A DNA stretch of 64,000 nt, from the NCBI RefSeq assembly GCF_006345805.1, contig NC_042999.1, positions 89,590,001-89,654,000 of the forward strand, given 5' to 3'. Source of the DNA: Octopus sinensis. Lineage: Eukaryota. Positions 50,201 through 63,735 of the stretch are shown here, piece by piece; the first letter of the stretch is position 1; every line of letters begins with the position of its first letter. The position numbers were made by a program, and so were the translations under genes. The notes under the pieces are model-generated. The model ran no database searches and was not told the origin of the DNA. It worked only from the letters and a program-made list of their open reading frames with translations.

Positions 50201-51099
50201 ATCTACAATAAGAATAAACAATTTTTATTTGCACAAAGTCATTGGCGTAAGTTGTCAATTTGAAGCGTATTGTTTTCATTACTTTATCGGGTTTTATTCA
50301 TGTTTCAAACATCGCCCAACGTGCGCCAACAATGTAAAATGTTTTCTTTTAATTCGTGCGTTATAATACAATAAAGAACACTTTGACATCTATATGGCAT
50401 CAAAGATTAAAGAATTGCGATTTTCTGCGGTTACACGTGTTAATCTAATACTATGTGGCTTTATACTCTTTTCCCCCCTTTCGCACAATACGACTGTCTA
50501 CACATTCAACTCTCTCTTTATTCACATTTGCTAACCCTTGATCAGTTCAAAACGAATTTACGAGGGTGCTAAGGCTCGGCTTAAGGATCGGTGGTCTAAG
50601 ATCACTACTAGATCTTAGGTCACTGCATATACACTTTCATGTACGACAGTTACTTTGTTCATTGTATAAGTAATATTTTATCTTCGCTGTTGATGAAGAA
50701 TCATTGTTTAAATAAATTTGAGAGGTTTCGATAATTTGTTGTGTATATAATACTCGCTTAAAAGCCGCACTCCGTGAGGACTTTTAAGGTAGCTCCTGCA
50801 GAGGACTTATTGGGCCTGGAGACAGCTAATTAGAATGACTATAATACGTCTATAATGTCTATATACTCCGGCGATGTTTGATCATAGGTTAAGGACGGAT
50901 GAGAATTCTGTAATGCAAGCATTCTGTTGTTCCAGTCCCTATTGAATTCCAACTGTTGACCATTTTGTCCCAAAGTTCTTATCCCGACGTAAAGTTAATG
51001 AAGCAAATGTTATTTATCTCCTTCTTGATTTCTGACGTCATCTGACAAATGCCAACTAAGATGGCATGAATCAGCCAAGCTTTACCTGCTAGAAATAGC

Positions 51100-51275
51100 A
51101 ACCCAAATGCTTTTAAGTCAGATCCCAATGCTGGATGTTCAAGAATCAAATGAAAAGCAGATTTTCAATCCCGGGATTATCCTGATTCCAAAAAGCTATG
51201 TCTGTGTAGAACAAATGTAGACTGAGACACAGGGGTGCCGGACAGACAGAATTTCGTGTTTATTATTATAGATGA
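51100..51275 (-). mobile_element. Helitron-like 5' terminus
   Basis: Minus strand reads A|TCTATAATAATAAACACGAAATTCTGTCTGTCCG, the TC start plus TCTG repeat typical of non-autonomous Helitrons. Confidence 0.55.
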
Positions 51276-51612
51276 TGGTATTTATTAAAGGATGTAGCTT
51301 GACAAGTACCTTAATCGATAGAACTCTGAAAAAAAAATGGAAATGCGAACTAAGTAATTGTACGTATATTTCTTAAAGTCTCATTCTGTCATGTTGGTTC
51401 GTCAGCTTGAATATCTTCAGTAGTAAACTGTCTATTCTTATAGAATTAGCAAAATGTCAGTTGAAAATAGATGACATAAAGCAGCAAACGACACACTGTG
51501 AAACAGGCAGATAATAAGCGTGGTGAACTGGAAAAAAAATTGAACACGAGATATATTTCAAGCAAAGAATGTGGTTGAGAATTCCTGTGGAAAATCATAT
51601 TGAATATACATA

Positions 51613-53778
51613 GGGGAGACCGGGGTTAGTTGGCTACATTTTTTTACATTTTCACTGACAGAGCAATACTATTTAATGTATTCTACTGCATCGTGTATGA
51701 CACGCATAAATCAACCATAGCATAAGACTTACAAAGCTAGAGATCTCATCTTCTTATTTTCTGGATTTATATTTTGTGCATTTTCTAAAACCACTTAAAT
51801 GTGTCAACTTGCCCCGATACCGGAGCAAGTTGACACATATAATGGGGTATGTTGACACATGAATGCATTTTCTTGGAACATACATGTTAGTGGACAGAAA
51901 CACATGATATAAGCTTGTTGGTTTGATCAAGGGCCTTTATTACGGTTTCATTACATATCATCATCGAAAGTCACAATTTGGGCATGTGAATATTGTCAGA
52001 CCTGGTGTGCATGCCTCGTGAACCCAACCTTTACAATCAAAGCACTGAAGCCACACTTCCCTTCTTTTGCTGTTGCAAAAAGGCTCGCAGCACACTAAGC
52101 AATAGCACTTTTCCTCATCAGAGGTATCACTTTCTTGAATTTGAAGTTTTTTCTTAACAGTTGGACCTTTTCCCTTCGTTTACTTGCCCTTACTGAGTCC
52201 CTTTCCTATCGTTCCTTTATCAATGTTTGTCTTCTTTTTACTTTTACTTTTTGTCTTTTCTTCTATGATTGCTCTTTTAACCGGCGAGTCAGTGAGGATT
52301 TCAGAACAACGTTCCTTTCTTCCTCTGGTTGATTCTTTCCTAGGGCCTGCTTTGGGTAGTGGACGGATTTGAAATGGTGAAAGAAAAGACCTGGCGGCTA
52401 TGTCGCTTGAAGGCCCAGGTGTTGCAGCTGCTGAAGGCTCAGGTGTTGTAGCTACTGAAGGCCCAGGTGCTGAAAGTGCAGGATCTGGTCGGTCAGTGAC
52501 ATAGCTTGGTGCAAAGTCACTGTCTGTGAAAATGTTGCGATTAAAAGGACATTCCTGTAGAAGAAAAGCCACTAAGAATGTTCGTCGGAGTTGCAGTCAA
52601 TGGGCATGCAGTTTTGACAATACACGGAATGTCATAAACGGTCATCGTCTGGCCAGGATGGTTGATATGCCAGTCATCAATGGCAGTGTTTGTGTACTTC
52701 TTTAGTGGTCCATTGACAGCTTTGTCCAACGGCTGTAAACTGTGTGTGCAGTGAGGTGGGAAAGAAAGCATGGTGATGCCATTGTCTGATGCATAAGTAG
52801 CGAGACAGAGCTTTTAAAGTGATGCCAAATGTCCTCGAAGCTTCCCGCAAGGAGATGACACGAGCTCGGACCTGTTGAATAGCCTGTTGGATTACATCAT
52901 GTGGAAGGGTTGCCCTCTCGCCTTTGCGTTTGTAGTGTCGCACCATGACAATTGTAGATCTAGGTCAGTAAAGAGAGAGAGAGAGAGTGGAGGGAGGCAA
53001 AAAAACAATTTAGCTCATTGCATAAACCAACAGGGAAAGCAAAACGAAGCTCTGAGTGTTTACCTACTTTTTAGTTTCAAGCATGCCTGGTCACGGCATA
53101 ACTTCATGCTTATATATCAGTGGTACAGGTTACAAAGCTGAGGCAGAATACAAGCTGTTGACTAAGTAGGTAGCGGTATGAAGATAGAATAGGTTGGTAT
53201 ACATAAAGATAGCTGATCTAAAACTATAGCAAACAATACATAAATTACTCAATGAACTGATCCAATGTACCAGACATGAATCAAATAGCAAACACTCTTA
53301 GTTAAAATGGGATAGATACAGTCTGTGAATCAATGTAAGCAACCTACAACTTTATCACAGGCCGGAGCAAGTTGACACACTGTGTCAACGTGCCCCTGTT
53401 TACATGTGTCAACTTGCCCCGACCCCATTTCCCTCGTAAATGTAAACACTGAGAGAAAAACACTAGGGTTTCGCAAGAATCCATTTGTATAGGGTCGTGA
53501 GAGATATTTTACTAACTCCTTAAGGTTTAATACACATAATGCAATTAAACAAAATAACTAATTATCAAAAATGTGGAAAATAACTTACCAAGTGGAAAAT
53601 TCCAATGTTGTCCGCGTGTAGCACACAAACTCTCACAACGGCGACGAAATCAAATGAAAGGGAAGCTTATACTAACAGCACTACTATGATTTCATTAAAT
53701 CGACCGAAAGTAATTTCGCATTTTCTCTAGAGAGAATGTGACAACTTGCCCCTGTAGTCAACTTGCCCCGGTCTCCCC
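51613..53778 (-). mobile_element. pogo-family DNA transposon, internally deleted, with DDE remnant and C-terminal PHD finger
   Basis: TIRs GGGGAGACCGGGG(TT/CA)AGTTG(G/A)CTACA at both ends, flanked by TA duplication (51611-12, 53779-80). HTH MVRHYKRK...LREASRTFG (52946-52800), FPPHCTHSLQPLD motif, PHD CLVC..CFDC..HEAC..CPNC (stop 51961-63). Subterminal GTGTCAACTTGCCCC repeats. Confidence 0.92.
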
Positions 53779-55356
53779 TATTCACGACAGGTTAAATAGC
53801 TTAAAGAAACTGTTTAATGCATTGGTGGTTTTATGGTTGAATACGTTTTTTCTTGACCCCTATTTCTGTTTCCGATCGAAATTTGTGAAGATTTCTGAAT
53901 TTGATATACTGTTAGGTTAGTTTAAATATGTTTGAGACATAATTGATCTGTAAAAAAGGCCATTTTCTCTGCGCTTTGCTATGGAGAAAAAGAACTCGCT
54001 TGCGAGTTCTTGTTTGGAAAAAACCCCAGTCATCCTTGAACTAATATGGACTAATATATGCATTTTGAGTTCTTTATCCTCTCGTCAGTTTCAGATACCA
54101 AACAGGACAACACTGAAATAACTAGAAGCCTTGGCTTCCTTATAAGAAATTAATGGAAATGTATCAATGAAACCGTGCTACAACTGCTAGGCCGGAACAA
54201 AATACATGGCATGCGAAACTGTTGTGAAATGAGCAAACTTTGGATTTATTTTTTCCCACTAATTCACAACACTGCTTCGCATAATTGACGTGTTGATATT
54301 TGTGTAATTTCAAAGCCCATAGAATTTTGGTTTTCTACGATCTGAATTGATTGTCTAAATTTTTGTGTTGACGTCATGGTAGTCTTAACGCAAGTTTGGA
54401 ACTTCAATGATATTTACGGCAAAATATCACAACTATTTTATTCAATGTGCAACTGTTATGTTTTCTTGCTGCATGATGTATTCACAATATCAACTTAAAA
54501 CTTATATAATGCTTTGCCATTTGGTAGTGGCTGGTAGTTCACAACACTTGATAATTATTTTGCAATGGATATTGCGAAGGGATTCACTTGAATTTGTCGA
54601 AATTACATAAGTTATTGAAGTTATTGAAGTTATAAAGAAAGTATTGGATAAGACAAGTATTGTTATAGAAGATATGCTAGTGTCTTCTACATCGCTTTGA
54701 AAGAGTGAATAATTTTAGTAGATAGCGGTCTATTTGAATGTAGAAATAGGAAAGTGCCGCAAATTGTTGATATTTTGTAATGTTGTGAAGCCATTTCATA
54801 AGTGATTGGACTGTGATTAGTTGGGCATTCCTATAGAATAGAGTCGGATATTATCTAGACCACCAAAAACCATATCTCCGTGAATATATATATGATTATG
54901 TAACGCAGATAACGATTGCACAAATAAAAACTGATTGGCGAGAGACGGAGAATTTTTTCCACCATTTCCGTAATTTTTCAATTTTGACATTTTTAAAAAG
55001 TAATTTTTTTGCTCTGACTTATATTTTAAACGTCTATAATTATGATTCTTAAAAAAAAAAGGCGCAACAAAAATTTGGAGAATACATAAAAAACTTTTAA
55101 ATTACTAAAAGAAGGAAGGTAGGCATTTCCGTTCCCCAATACTCAAATTTATGTTTGTTGTTTAGAAGATTTGTGATCAACGATACTTGAAATATACACA
55201 TCAGAAGATATTACGATCTTTTGCGCATTAGAACATTTCTAACTCATGACGGTGAGCTGCACTAAATTATATTCTAGTACAATTATGTCTGAATAAAACG
55301 AATGGAATGTAGAATTAAAACATTACAAAGGTTAATAACATATACCAGACGCAGTT

Positions 55357-55427
55357 GCATCGGTGGTTCAGTGGTAGGATGCTCGCCTGCCACGCGGGCG
55401 GCCCGGGTTCGATTCCCGGCCGATGCA
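55357..55427 (+). tRNA. tRNA-Gly(GCC), single-nucleotide D-stem variant
   Basis: Identical to 44722-44792 except GTAGGATGC instead of GTAGAATGC; TTTT terminator downstream. Confidence 0.93.
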
Positions 55428-56425
55428 AAACAGCTTCTTTTGGAAAACTTCATATTGTTTTGGTTTAATTTTTTGCTTCCATTCAATTTAATCGACCATC
55501 TAACATTTTTAATAAGGCTGTAATAAATTCCGGTGAAAGCTGATCATTTGGAGGTTTTCAGATAAAACCTCCATGCATGTGCTTCATCCCTTAACTCCTG
55601 ACAGTCTAAGTGGACCGACTGCAGCCAGGTCACAGTTCCTGGATACTACTGCTACTGTTTGCAGTATAACTTGTGCTTTTTCTAGATGGTCACAGTGCCC
55701 AAAAGCCAAGATGCTTTGGGTGTCATAGCACCTCCGGTCTGAGACATCAGTTGAATGTAGAGCAAATGATAACTTCTTTTGTTCTCTTTCATTCCTTCTT
55801 GGCCAGATCCAGTAGGAACTCTTCTCAGCTGCTTCAGACATTGTCTTAGTTCTCTTTCTCTCAGAAATTAAGAGCCATTTAATAATACCACAGGCAGATT
55901 TGTCTATTGTCCCTGCTCCTTCGCTATTACTTTCTTAGAGAGGACTTTGTTTGAAAGCCAGATTCACTCAATTTGATTGCTAAACTGCATATTTTTCAGT
56001 CTTGTAGATATGAGCTTCCGCTTTTTTATAGGAATATGAAAAATATCAAATGATAATCAGTTCTTTATTTGACATCTGCCTACAACAAACCCTCATCCGT
56101 GATGATTATCATTTATACATATAGGATGAATTATATTTACATCCATGAGGGCTTGCATCTATACCTATCTTTTGCATTTTCTTGTCAGTCGTAGATTTTG
56201 AAATTTACGGCGAAAATGTAATTTTGTCAGTTGCACCAAAATTAATTTTAATGAATGTTAACCAGGTGTGGACTAAGAGTATTAAGGGCCCTCGGGCATA
56301 ACTGTTTACCGGGATCCTTAGCATAAATTTAGAAGAGTTAACATGTACAGTGCGGGCAACGCCCGATTGACCAGCGGTTCAGTCCGACCCTGATGCTAAC
56401 GTCTTCCAGTCAGAAAAATCGGTGT

Positions 56426-56807
56426 GGAAGCACTCCGTCGGTTACGACGACGAGGGTTCCGGTTGATCCGAATCAACGGAACAGCCTGCTCGTGAAATTA
56501 ACGTGTAAGTGGCTGAGCACTCCACAGACACGTGTACCCTTAACGTAGTTCTCGGGGATATTCAGCGTGACACAGAGTGACAAGACCGGCCCTTTGAAAT
56601 ACAGGTACAACAGAAACAGGAAGTAAGAGTGAGAGAAAGTTGTGGTGAAAGAGTACAGCAGGGATCACCACCATCCCCTGCCGGAGCCTCGTGGAGCTTT
56701 TAGGTGTTTTCGCTCAATAAACACTCACAACGCCCGGTCTGGGAATTGAAACCGCGATCCTATGACCTCGAGTCCGCTGCTCTAACCACTGGGCCATTGC
56801 GCCTCCA
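56426..56807 (-). mobile_element. Full-length tRNA-derived SINE with 15-bp TSD
   Basis: Head GGAGGCGCAATGGCCCAGTGGTTAG...GGTTTCAATTCC; TSD CAGAAAAATCGGTGT at 56411-56425 and 56808-56822. Confidence 0.92.
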
Positions 56808-56891
56808 CAGAAAAATCGGTGTATATGTTATCAGAAGGAATACCCTCACTCACTCACTCACTCACTCACTCTCTCTCTCTCTCTCTCTATT

Positions 56892-56944
<53 letters not shown>

Positions 56945-57820
56945 TCTAGATGCCATACAGCACTATGATGAATTTCAACATTCTATATTTCATAGCTATA
57001 GTTTAGTAGATTGTGATTAAGTGAAGTAGAAAAAACAATACAAACCTTTAGCCGTTCAGTTAGTTGTCTGACACCTCATACGATTATCCCTTTGTAACTG
57101 TATGGGAGAACGGAAATTTCTCTTCACAAAAGGAAAATAAATTTCCTGACTTTCAAAAACAATTGAATTAAATCCAACAAAGAGTAATATTAAAATACTT
57201 TATTTTTCAATTACAATTCTTGGATTGAGTTTGCAATGTTTCTAATTTCCTTAACCCTTCATTTGAATTGTATCGTCTATTTATAATAAAGAAATGATTC
57301 AGTAAAAGTTCGCCCATGGAGTTCGGATATTGTATTCCTATAAAAGACAAAAATTCATAAATGTTACAGAAATTTATTAAAGATAAAATGAAACTGCTTG
57401 CTTTGGGCGGTGTATAAGCCATTTCATCCTCATTTTTATCAGTCATAGTCCATTCGATATGTGTTTATATGTACCCCAGTATCTTGTTTTGTCTGCTCTT
57501 ATGGCTTCCCCTCTTTATAAAGAAATTGAACGGTTGCAGTTCAGTGTGAAGTTATTTGCTAGTCGATTAAGTGGACCAGGAACCAACAAATACATTGACT
57601 GTGCAATGTTTCTGTGAAGGGCATTGTATATATAACCAGTGGTGGTCAAAAACAGGGCTGGATTAACCATCAACCAAAATAACCGCATACATAGGTTATC
57701 AAGGGAAGGAGCACTATAAAATTATCTCAGCACTTAGATTAGGTGAAAATAGTCAACTGCAGAAGTTTTAATTATGATAGGGAAAAAAATATTGAGTTGG
57801 AGATTCATTGTCAGAAAATG

Positions 57821-57851
<31 letters not shown>

Positions 57852-59077
57852 TGTGTGTGTGTGTGCGTGTGTGTAGCTTTAAATTAATGGATTTATTTTG
57901 AATATTAAATATAGTTCTATGTCTTGTCTGGGGCAGCCTGAAAATAAACTGAATTGTTAAGCTATTATTTCACATTCGGCATTTACTGCCTAAATGTTTT
58001 GCCAGACAAAAGAAGGGTCGGGAGGACATTATTGTTGAATTGTACTTAGGACGTCAGTTGGCCTTCACCCAGCTCTGTCCAAATGCCATTTTCATATTAG
58101 ATTTTAATACTTTCAATGTTTTGTAAACAGTATTCCTCAGCATTCCACAAGTGAAAATTTCCATCAAAATTGCCTGCAAATACTAACAGATTTATGTAAC
58201 CTACATTTAGTTATCCTCAACTAATAATTAAAGAGAGTACAAACGGTCAGCGGTAACTTACACAACTATAGCCGGATTATTGATCCATGATTGTATGTGT
58301 GGCCTATCTAACGAAAAGATTAGACATAAATCCTTTTTTAAAGGTTAGCGAATGCATCTGCACGACTGCGATGGTATATTTTACAACGATAGAACGTTAT
58401 TTCTTAATATGTACAAAGCTCCTTACTTTTAGGGTGAAGTCATAAGACGCTTGCGCACGCACACAATCACACACAAACACACACATGGATACTTACGTAC
58501 ATGCACTATTAGAATGGACACGAGCTATAGTTTATGTTAAATATGTATGTTTGTATGCATGTATGTATGTATGAATGTATGTGTGCATGCATTTATGTGT
58601 TTGTGTGAGTGTGATGGACCTTATCATCAGGAACGATTTTTGAGCGCTCATTCACACTCGACTCTACGGAATATCCGGTCTAGTAAGTTCCAGCAAGACG
58701 TTTTGCTATCGAAAACCTGCACAATGAATTTGTTATGAGTGGAGTACGTTGTCTAGAGCCTTTCGAAGAATATCTCTACTTAAATGTTTAATCTGAACTG
58801 ATGCACGGTGGGCTACCTAACATACAGAAAAGGATGCCTGCTATAGAAAGTAGGGATGCAAAGCTTAACCATTTTCTGAATTACACTATCTTTATTTCAA
58901 TTAATTTTTAAACTAATGAAAAATTTAGTAAAACTCTATCTATTTAGCTAATGATTAGAACAAGTTAAAATGAAATTTCGATGGAAAGTTTTAATTAAAA
59001 TCGTAAACAAGAAATCTGTATCATAGAACCAAGGTCGTCTCAAGCGAGTTTGTATCAAAGCGGTTAAACAAATCAGA

Positions 59078-59123
<46 letters not shown>

Positions 59124-61153
59124 CTGCAATGTGACTTATCGAATTACCTACTATTATAGTTGAAATATTTGAACGGGTTTATTCCTACTTTTCTAGTATA
59201 CGGCATAGAATGTAACTCACTGTCAGGTACTTTTCTGGAAAACTTCTAAGGTAATACGAACATCAAATCGTTACAGATGAAATTAATATCACTTCTCTTG
59301 CTCATGTTGTTGTTGTTGGTGGTGGTGGTGGTGTTGTCTAACACTAAAGTTAACCTTAAAAGAGCAGATTTATAATGAAAGTTATTCAAGGTGTAACCAT
59401 ATTTTTACGGTTTACAAGGGCCGTTTTATCTAATGCATTCCCCCGCTGACTCTTTTTTTAAAAGTCGATGTGTTCTGAGGGAGATGAAGCTGCTAATTTA
59501 CGGTAATCGCAAAATATACATTCAGGAGTTATGTGGTACAAAATCAAAACCTTAAAACACAAGTGGTAGAATATTGCATTTGTATATTTTAATAGTAGTA
59601 CTTGTTTTCGGTAGAATTCGAAGAACTTGAGCAATATCGTTCAAAGAAAATACTACTCGATCATAATTCGGAAAGGAATTTCAAAGTATGTCCTACAAAA
59701 TAACTGCCATAGACTTAAATTGGTTTTAAGTTCACGATTTCGCCTTTGTGTGAAAAATAACTTGAAATAAATTTTTGAGAATGTATAAGGGCTAGAATGA
59801 ACCTAATCGTTTTCATGTAGCTTTTCTTCAAAACAACGAGCCCATGCTTTTCTCAGAGCTAGAACTGAAACTAGGTCGTTAACTTAGCACTAGCCATATT
59901 CTATATTTCTTAAAATTTTATTGCATAAAACAAAATCCCTCCTAACGGTATAACCTCAATACTATATTCCATAATGTATTCTTGGAATATATTAAAGTTT
60001 TTAAGCGTAGTGATTGTCTTCGTATTGAGATATACTATATTAATCTCCACGTCTAACTAATTTTCTTTTTACCTTAAAGCTTCGTCTGTTAGTTGGATAA
60101 TCATAACAATTTTGGTGTGTACTAAACCGGAATGTCCTTTCGGTTGTGTTTTGGTATCCTGTATTGTCTTCTTGCACACCTGCTTTATTCTGTTCATAAC
60201 AAAAAAAGAAAAAGAAAAAGAAAAAAAAAGAAAAGAAAAAAGAAAAAGAAATAAAAGTGTGATCTATTTTGACGTTTGTGCTTTCCTCGCATACAACTGC
60301 AAAATATTACTATAGAAAATTTAAACTAGATAGTATATTTATTTCTGTTCAGTGAAAATTTACGCTACGGCAATAATATATTTGTAACTGATGATATCTG
60401 ATATTTTTAATTCTGAGGTTGCAGCTCTTACATGCTGATAGGGAGTTTTTCAAGCGATACATCACAGCGACATCGTGAAGATTTCATCGAGATGTTGAAG
60501 AAATACACTGACTCTAGTAGTATCTGATTTAGTTTTTAGATTAGTCGACTGCTCTATCGACCCAGCATCGCTGGGCACATTGTTTCCACACGAATACCCT
60601 GAAATCAGTTCGAGTATACCTTAACTTCATTGACACAAACACTAAAATTACTACTCGCGCGCGTGCACGCACGCACTCAACCTAGACTGAAGATTTCTAC
60701 AAGTTTCTTCCTTTTGTTCTCAACATTAGCGTTAGGAAATCTATGAGTGTCAACGTTTAATTAGTAACTTTTCGAATCAAACCTAGGCAAAGGAAGATGA
60801 CAGACGAAAAATCTTTTGTTTAGCCGGACCTAATTTAGTTAGGAACAAATATAAATACGGGACCCAAATTCGGTTTTATTTCTTTCGCTTGGCCCCTGGC
60901 CAAAAGGTACACTTCACGTAAGGCTTGTCATCGCGCGATTCATTTTCTAACAGTCAACAAAAGTTGAACTAAACTGCCTACAAAATGGATAACCGAGCTG
61001 CTAATAGTATGTGTACAACAACTCGAAGATTTATATCATACATTGCAATGATAAAATAAAGGCCATACCATTTTCTTCCTTTCATTTATTTTCTGCATAA
61101 ATCATTACTTATATGTATTTGTGTGTGTGTGTGTGTTTGTATGTGTGTGTGTT

Positions 61154-61225
<72 letters not shown>

Positions 61226-61239
61226 TGTGTGTGTATGTG

Positions 61240-62065
61240 TGGGGTCTGATCAATAAGTATCCGGGCTGTTGCTATAGTAACGAAGCTAAAACACAGATAG
61301 TGAAGCCGCTTGAAACAGATTGACCTTGAACACTGCTGTGCATGTGAACTAAGTTTTAACATTCTAACTCACTTCCGCTGTTTACAGCAGTGCTTGGGAG
61401 GAAGGTGTGTAATGTGTGATCGTCGCATTGACCATGGCAGAGAAAGTTGAGGCCTACGCAAAGTTTTCATCGTTCTCGATATAATCAAGATCTTGTGCAA
61501 CTGAAACTCGAGTGTCGTTTTGGTCAGCTGAAAGCAGTTTTGGCACAAATTTGGCAGACACGCGTCACATACCCAAATCTTCAGTGATAATGGACTGAAC
61601 TGAACTGTAACTAATCTGCACATCTTCTGATAACTCACGGATGGTGATTCAACGATTTCTCCTCACAACTGCATGCACATCAGCGATATTTTTCTCAGTT
61701 CTGCTGGTTGCGGATCTCCCAGAACGTTCGTCAATATCGACATTTTTTCGGCCATCATGGAAATGTCTGAACCACTCGTACACTTGTGTGCGGCTCATAA
61801 ACTCTTCGTCGTGCACTTTCTGCAACTGTACTTTGGCCTCTGAGCAGGTATTGCCATGACAACTTTCTCTGTCATGGTCAATGCGACGATCACACGCTAC
61901 ACGCCTTCCTTCCAAGTACTGCTGTAAACAGCGGAAGTGACTTAGAGCATTAAAACTAAGTGCGCATGCACACTAGAGTTTAAGGTCAATCTGTGCCAAG
62001 CGGCTTCACTCAGTGTGTTTTAGTTTCGTTACTATGTCAACAGCCCTGATACTTATTGATCGAAA
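61240..62065 (-). mobile_element. mariner-family non-autonomous element with ~205-bp inverted termini
   Basis: Transposase N-terminal remnant (MSRTQVYEWFRHFHDGRKNVDIDERSGR...RRVSAKFVPKLL); 61241-61447 is the inverted copy of 61860-62061. Confidence 0.9.
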
Positions 62066-62084
62066 TGCCCAGATAGGTAATAAT

Positions 62085-62380
62085 CTTGGATACCAACCGC
62101 CTCTTACGACTTGTGTCATATGTTACAAAACTTGTAAGACAATATCTGGACTTTGACACATGCTAGCTGACAAAAACATTCCTTCAGAATTAGATTCCAA
62201 AGGGAAAAGATATAGAAGAAACTTAAATAATATCTGTCACTTGTGTTTTAAACCTTGTCAATCAGAAACTGGTCTTAAAAGTAATCTGGGACTCACCAAC
62301 GAAATGATTGTGCTGTGCGATGGGTTGTGGTGTGTGATGGTGGGACGGCTATCATCTGTCAAGATGAAGCAATCAGCATC
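62085..62380 (+). mobile_element. RTE-like LINE 3' end with decayed C2H2 fingers
   Basis: TCVICYKTCKTISGL..HM and ICHLCFKPCQSETGLKSNL. Confidence 0.6.
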
Positions 62381-63531
62381 GTATATATATAGAGAGATAG
62401 ATAGATAGATAGAATAATAGAACAAGTAATATATTTAGTTAGAAAATCTCTATAAGAGATGAAAGTAGTAACTGTACTGAGAAGTAATGTTTATCGCCAC
62501 TTCAACGTGGCTGTTTCGAAGGAACCGGTTTTACTACCGTTTTTAACCTCCAGGAGGACGCCTCCTCCAGCTGGTGTTAACGATGCCATCTGTACTCGAT
62601 ATATGTGCGTGAGTGCGTGCATGCGTGTGTGTATGTGTGTGTGTATGTGTGCGCGCGCGCGCGCGTGTATACTCAAATATGACAATAACTACTTTCGTAT
62701 ACAAAAGTATATTAAAATAGTATTTATGCTACACTCAGAGAAATTTCGGCATTGTTTTAGCGTTACAAAGAGAAGATCCACGATGAGGCACCGACATGCA
62801 ACATGGAAGAGGCTTGATTTGATGTCAAAATAGTTTACAGTTCAATATAACATAATGAGCTAAAGAAAATAACTTATGTGTGTCAATAGCATGGTGGGTA
62901 AGTAGATCATTTAAGGGTTTGTGTACTGAATAACGTTCGAAAAAAAAAAAAAAAAAAACAAGGAAAAGAAAACAATCGCAATAAATCAAAATTTGTCTCT
63001 TAGTTTTAGAAAGATAAAAAAAAATCAAAATTTGTAAATTGTAAGCAACTCTAAAAGAAAAGGATAGGTAATTTTAAGAAAAAATTAAGAATTAATTTCA
63101 CAAAAGTATTCTTTATATGAGGAAAATTTAATCATTATTAACAGGCATTGTAATCACTAGGACGGTCATATATTATGGGATCTTATCAATGAAGTAGAGA
63201 CAAATTCAGGTCAACTTGATCGGTCGACAGAAATTTTATAAATAGAAAAATAATGATTTTAGTAGGGGAGGGGGTTTGTGCCCATCGCTTCCCTTCCGAG
63301 ACAGGTGACATGTACACTGTTAACTGGACTCTTGAACATTTGCAAGTCAACAGTTGCAGAAAAAAAAAAAAAACAGATTTTCTGTAACCATGAACTTGGA
63401 GGGAATTCCAGGAGGATCACGTTCGGGGGAAGAAAGCTTTTCCTGGAGTAGTAAAAATAATATGGATAACTAGAGGAGAAAAGCAAGAGTTGGCAGTGTC
63501 TGAAGTGAGGTTGTACGAGACCAAGCTGGCT

Positions 63532-63735
63532 GCGAGCCAACAGAATCATTAGCACACCGGAATAAATGCTCAGCGGCATTTCGTCCGCTTTCATGTTCTG
63601 AGTTCTGATTCCACCGAGGTCTACTCTGCCTTTCATCCTTTCGGGGGTCGATAAAATAAGAACCAGTTGAACATTAGGCGCAGATGTAACTCCACACCCG
63701 AACTTGCTGGCCTTGTGCCAAAATTTGAAACGAAT
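63532..63735 (+). mobile_element. SINE family A copy
   Basis: GCGAGCCAACAGAATCATTAGC...GGGGTCGATAAAATAAGAACCAG. Confidence 0.85.

Noticed and set aside
50583-50617. 13-bp hairpin GTGGTCTAAGATC/GATCTTAGGTCAC
   Set aside because: Isolated small palindrome with no assignable function
55283-55523. ORFs overlapping the tRNA-Gly gene
   Set aside because: Chance frames through a GC-rich tRNA
56730-56807. tRNA-like sequence (also the heads of SINE families A and B)
   Set aside because: No complete acceptor stem; continues into SINE core and TSD
58600-58790. Coding-looking fragments (also 60410-60530)
   Set aside because: Stops in all frames and no recognisable homology; too weak to call
61105-61362. 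(CV)n/(HT)n ORFs
   Set aside because: (TG)n microsatellite plus mariner terminus
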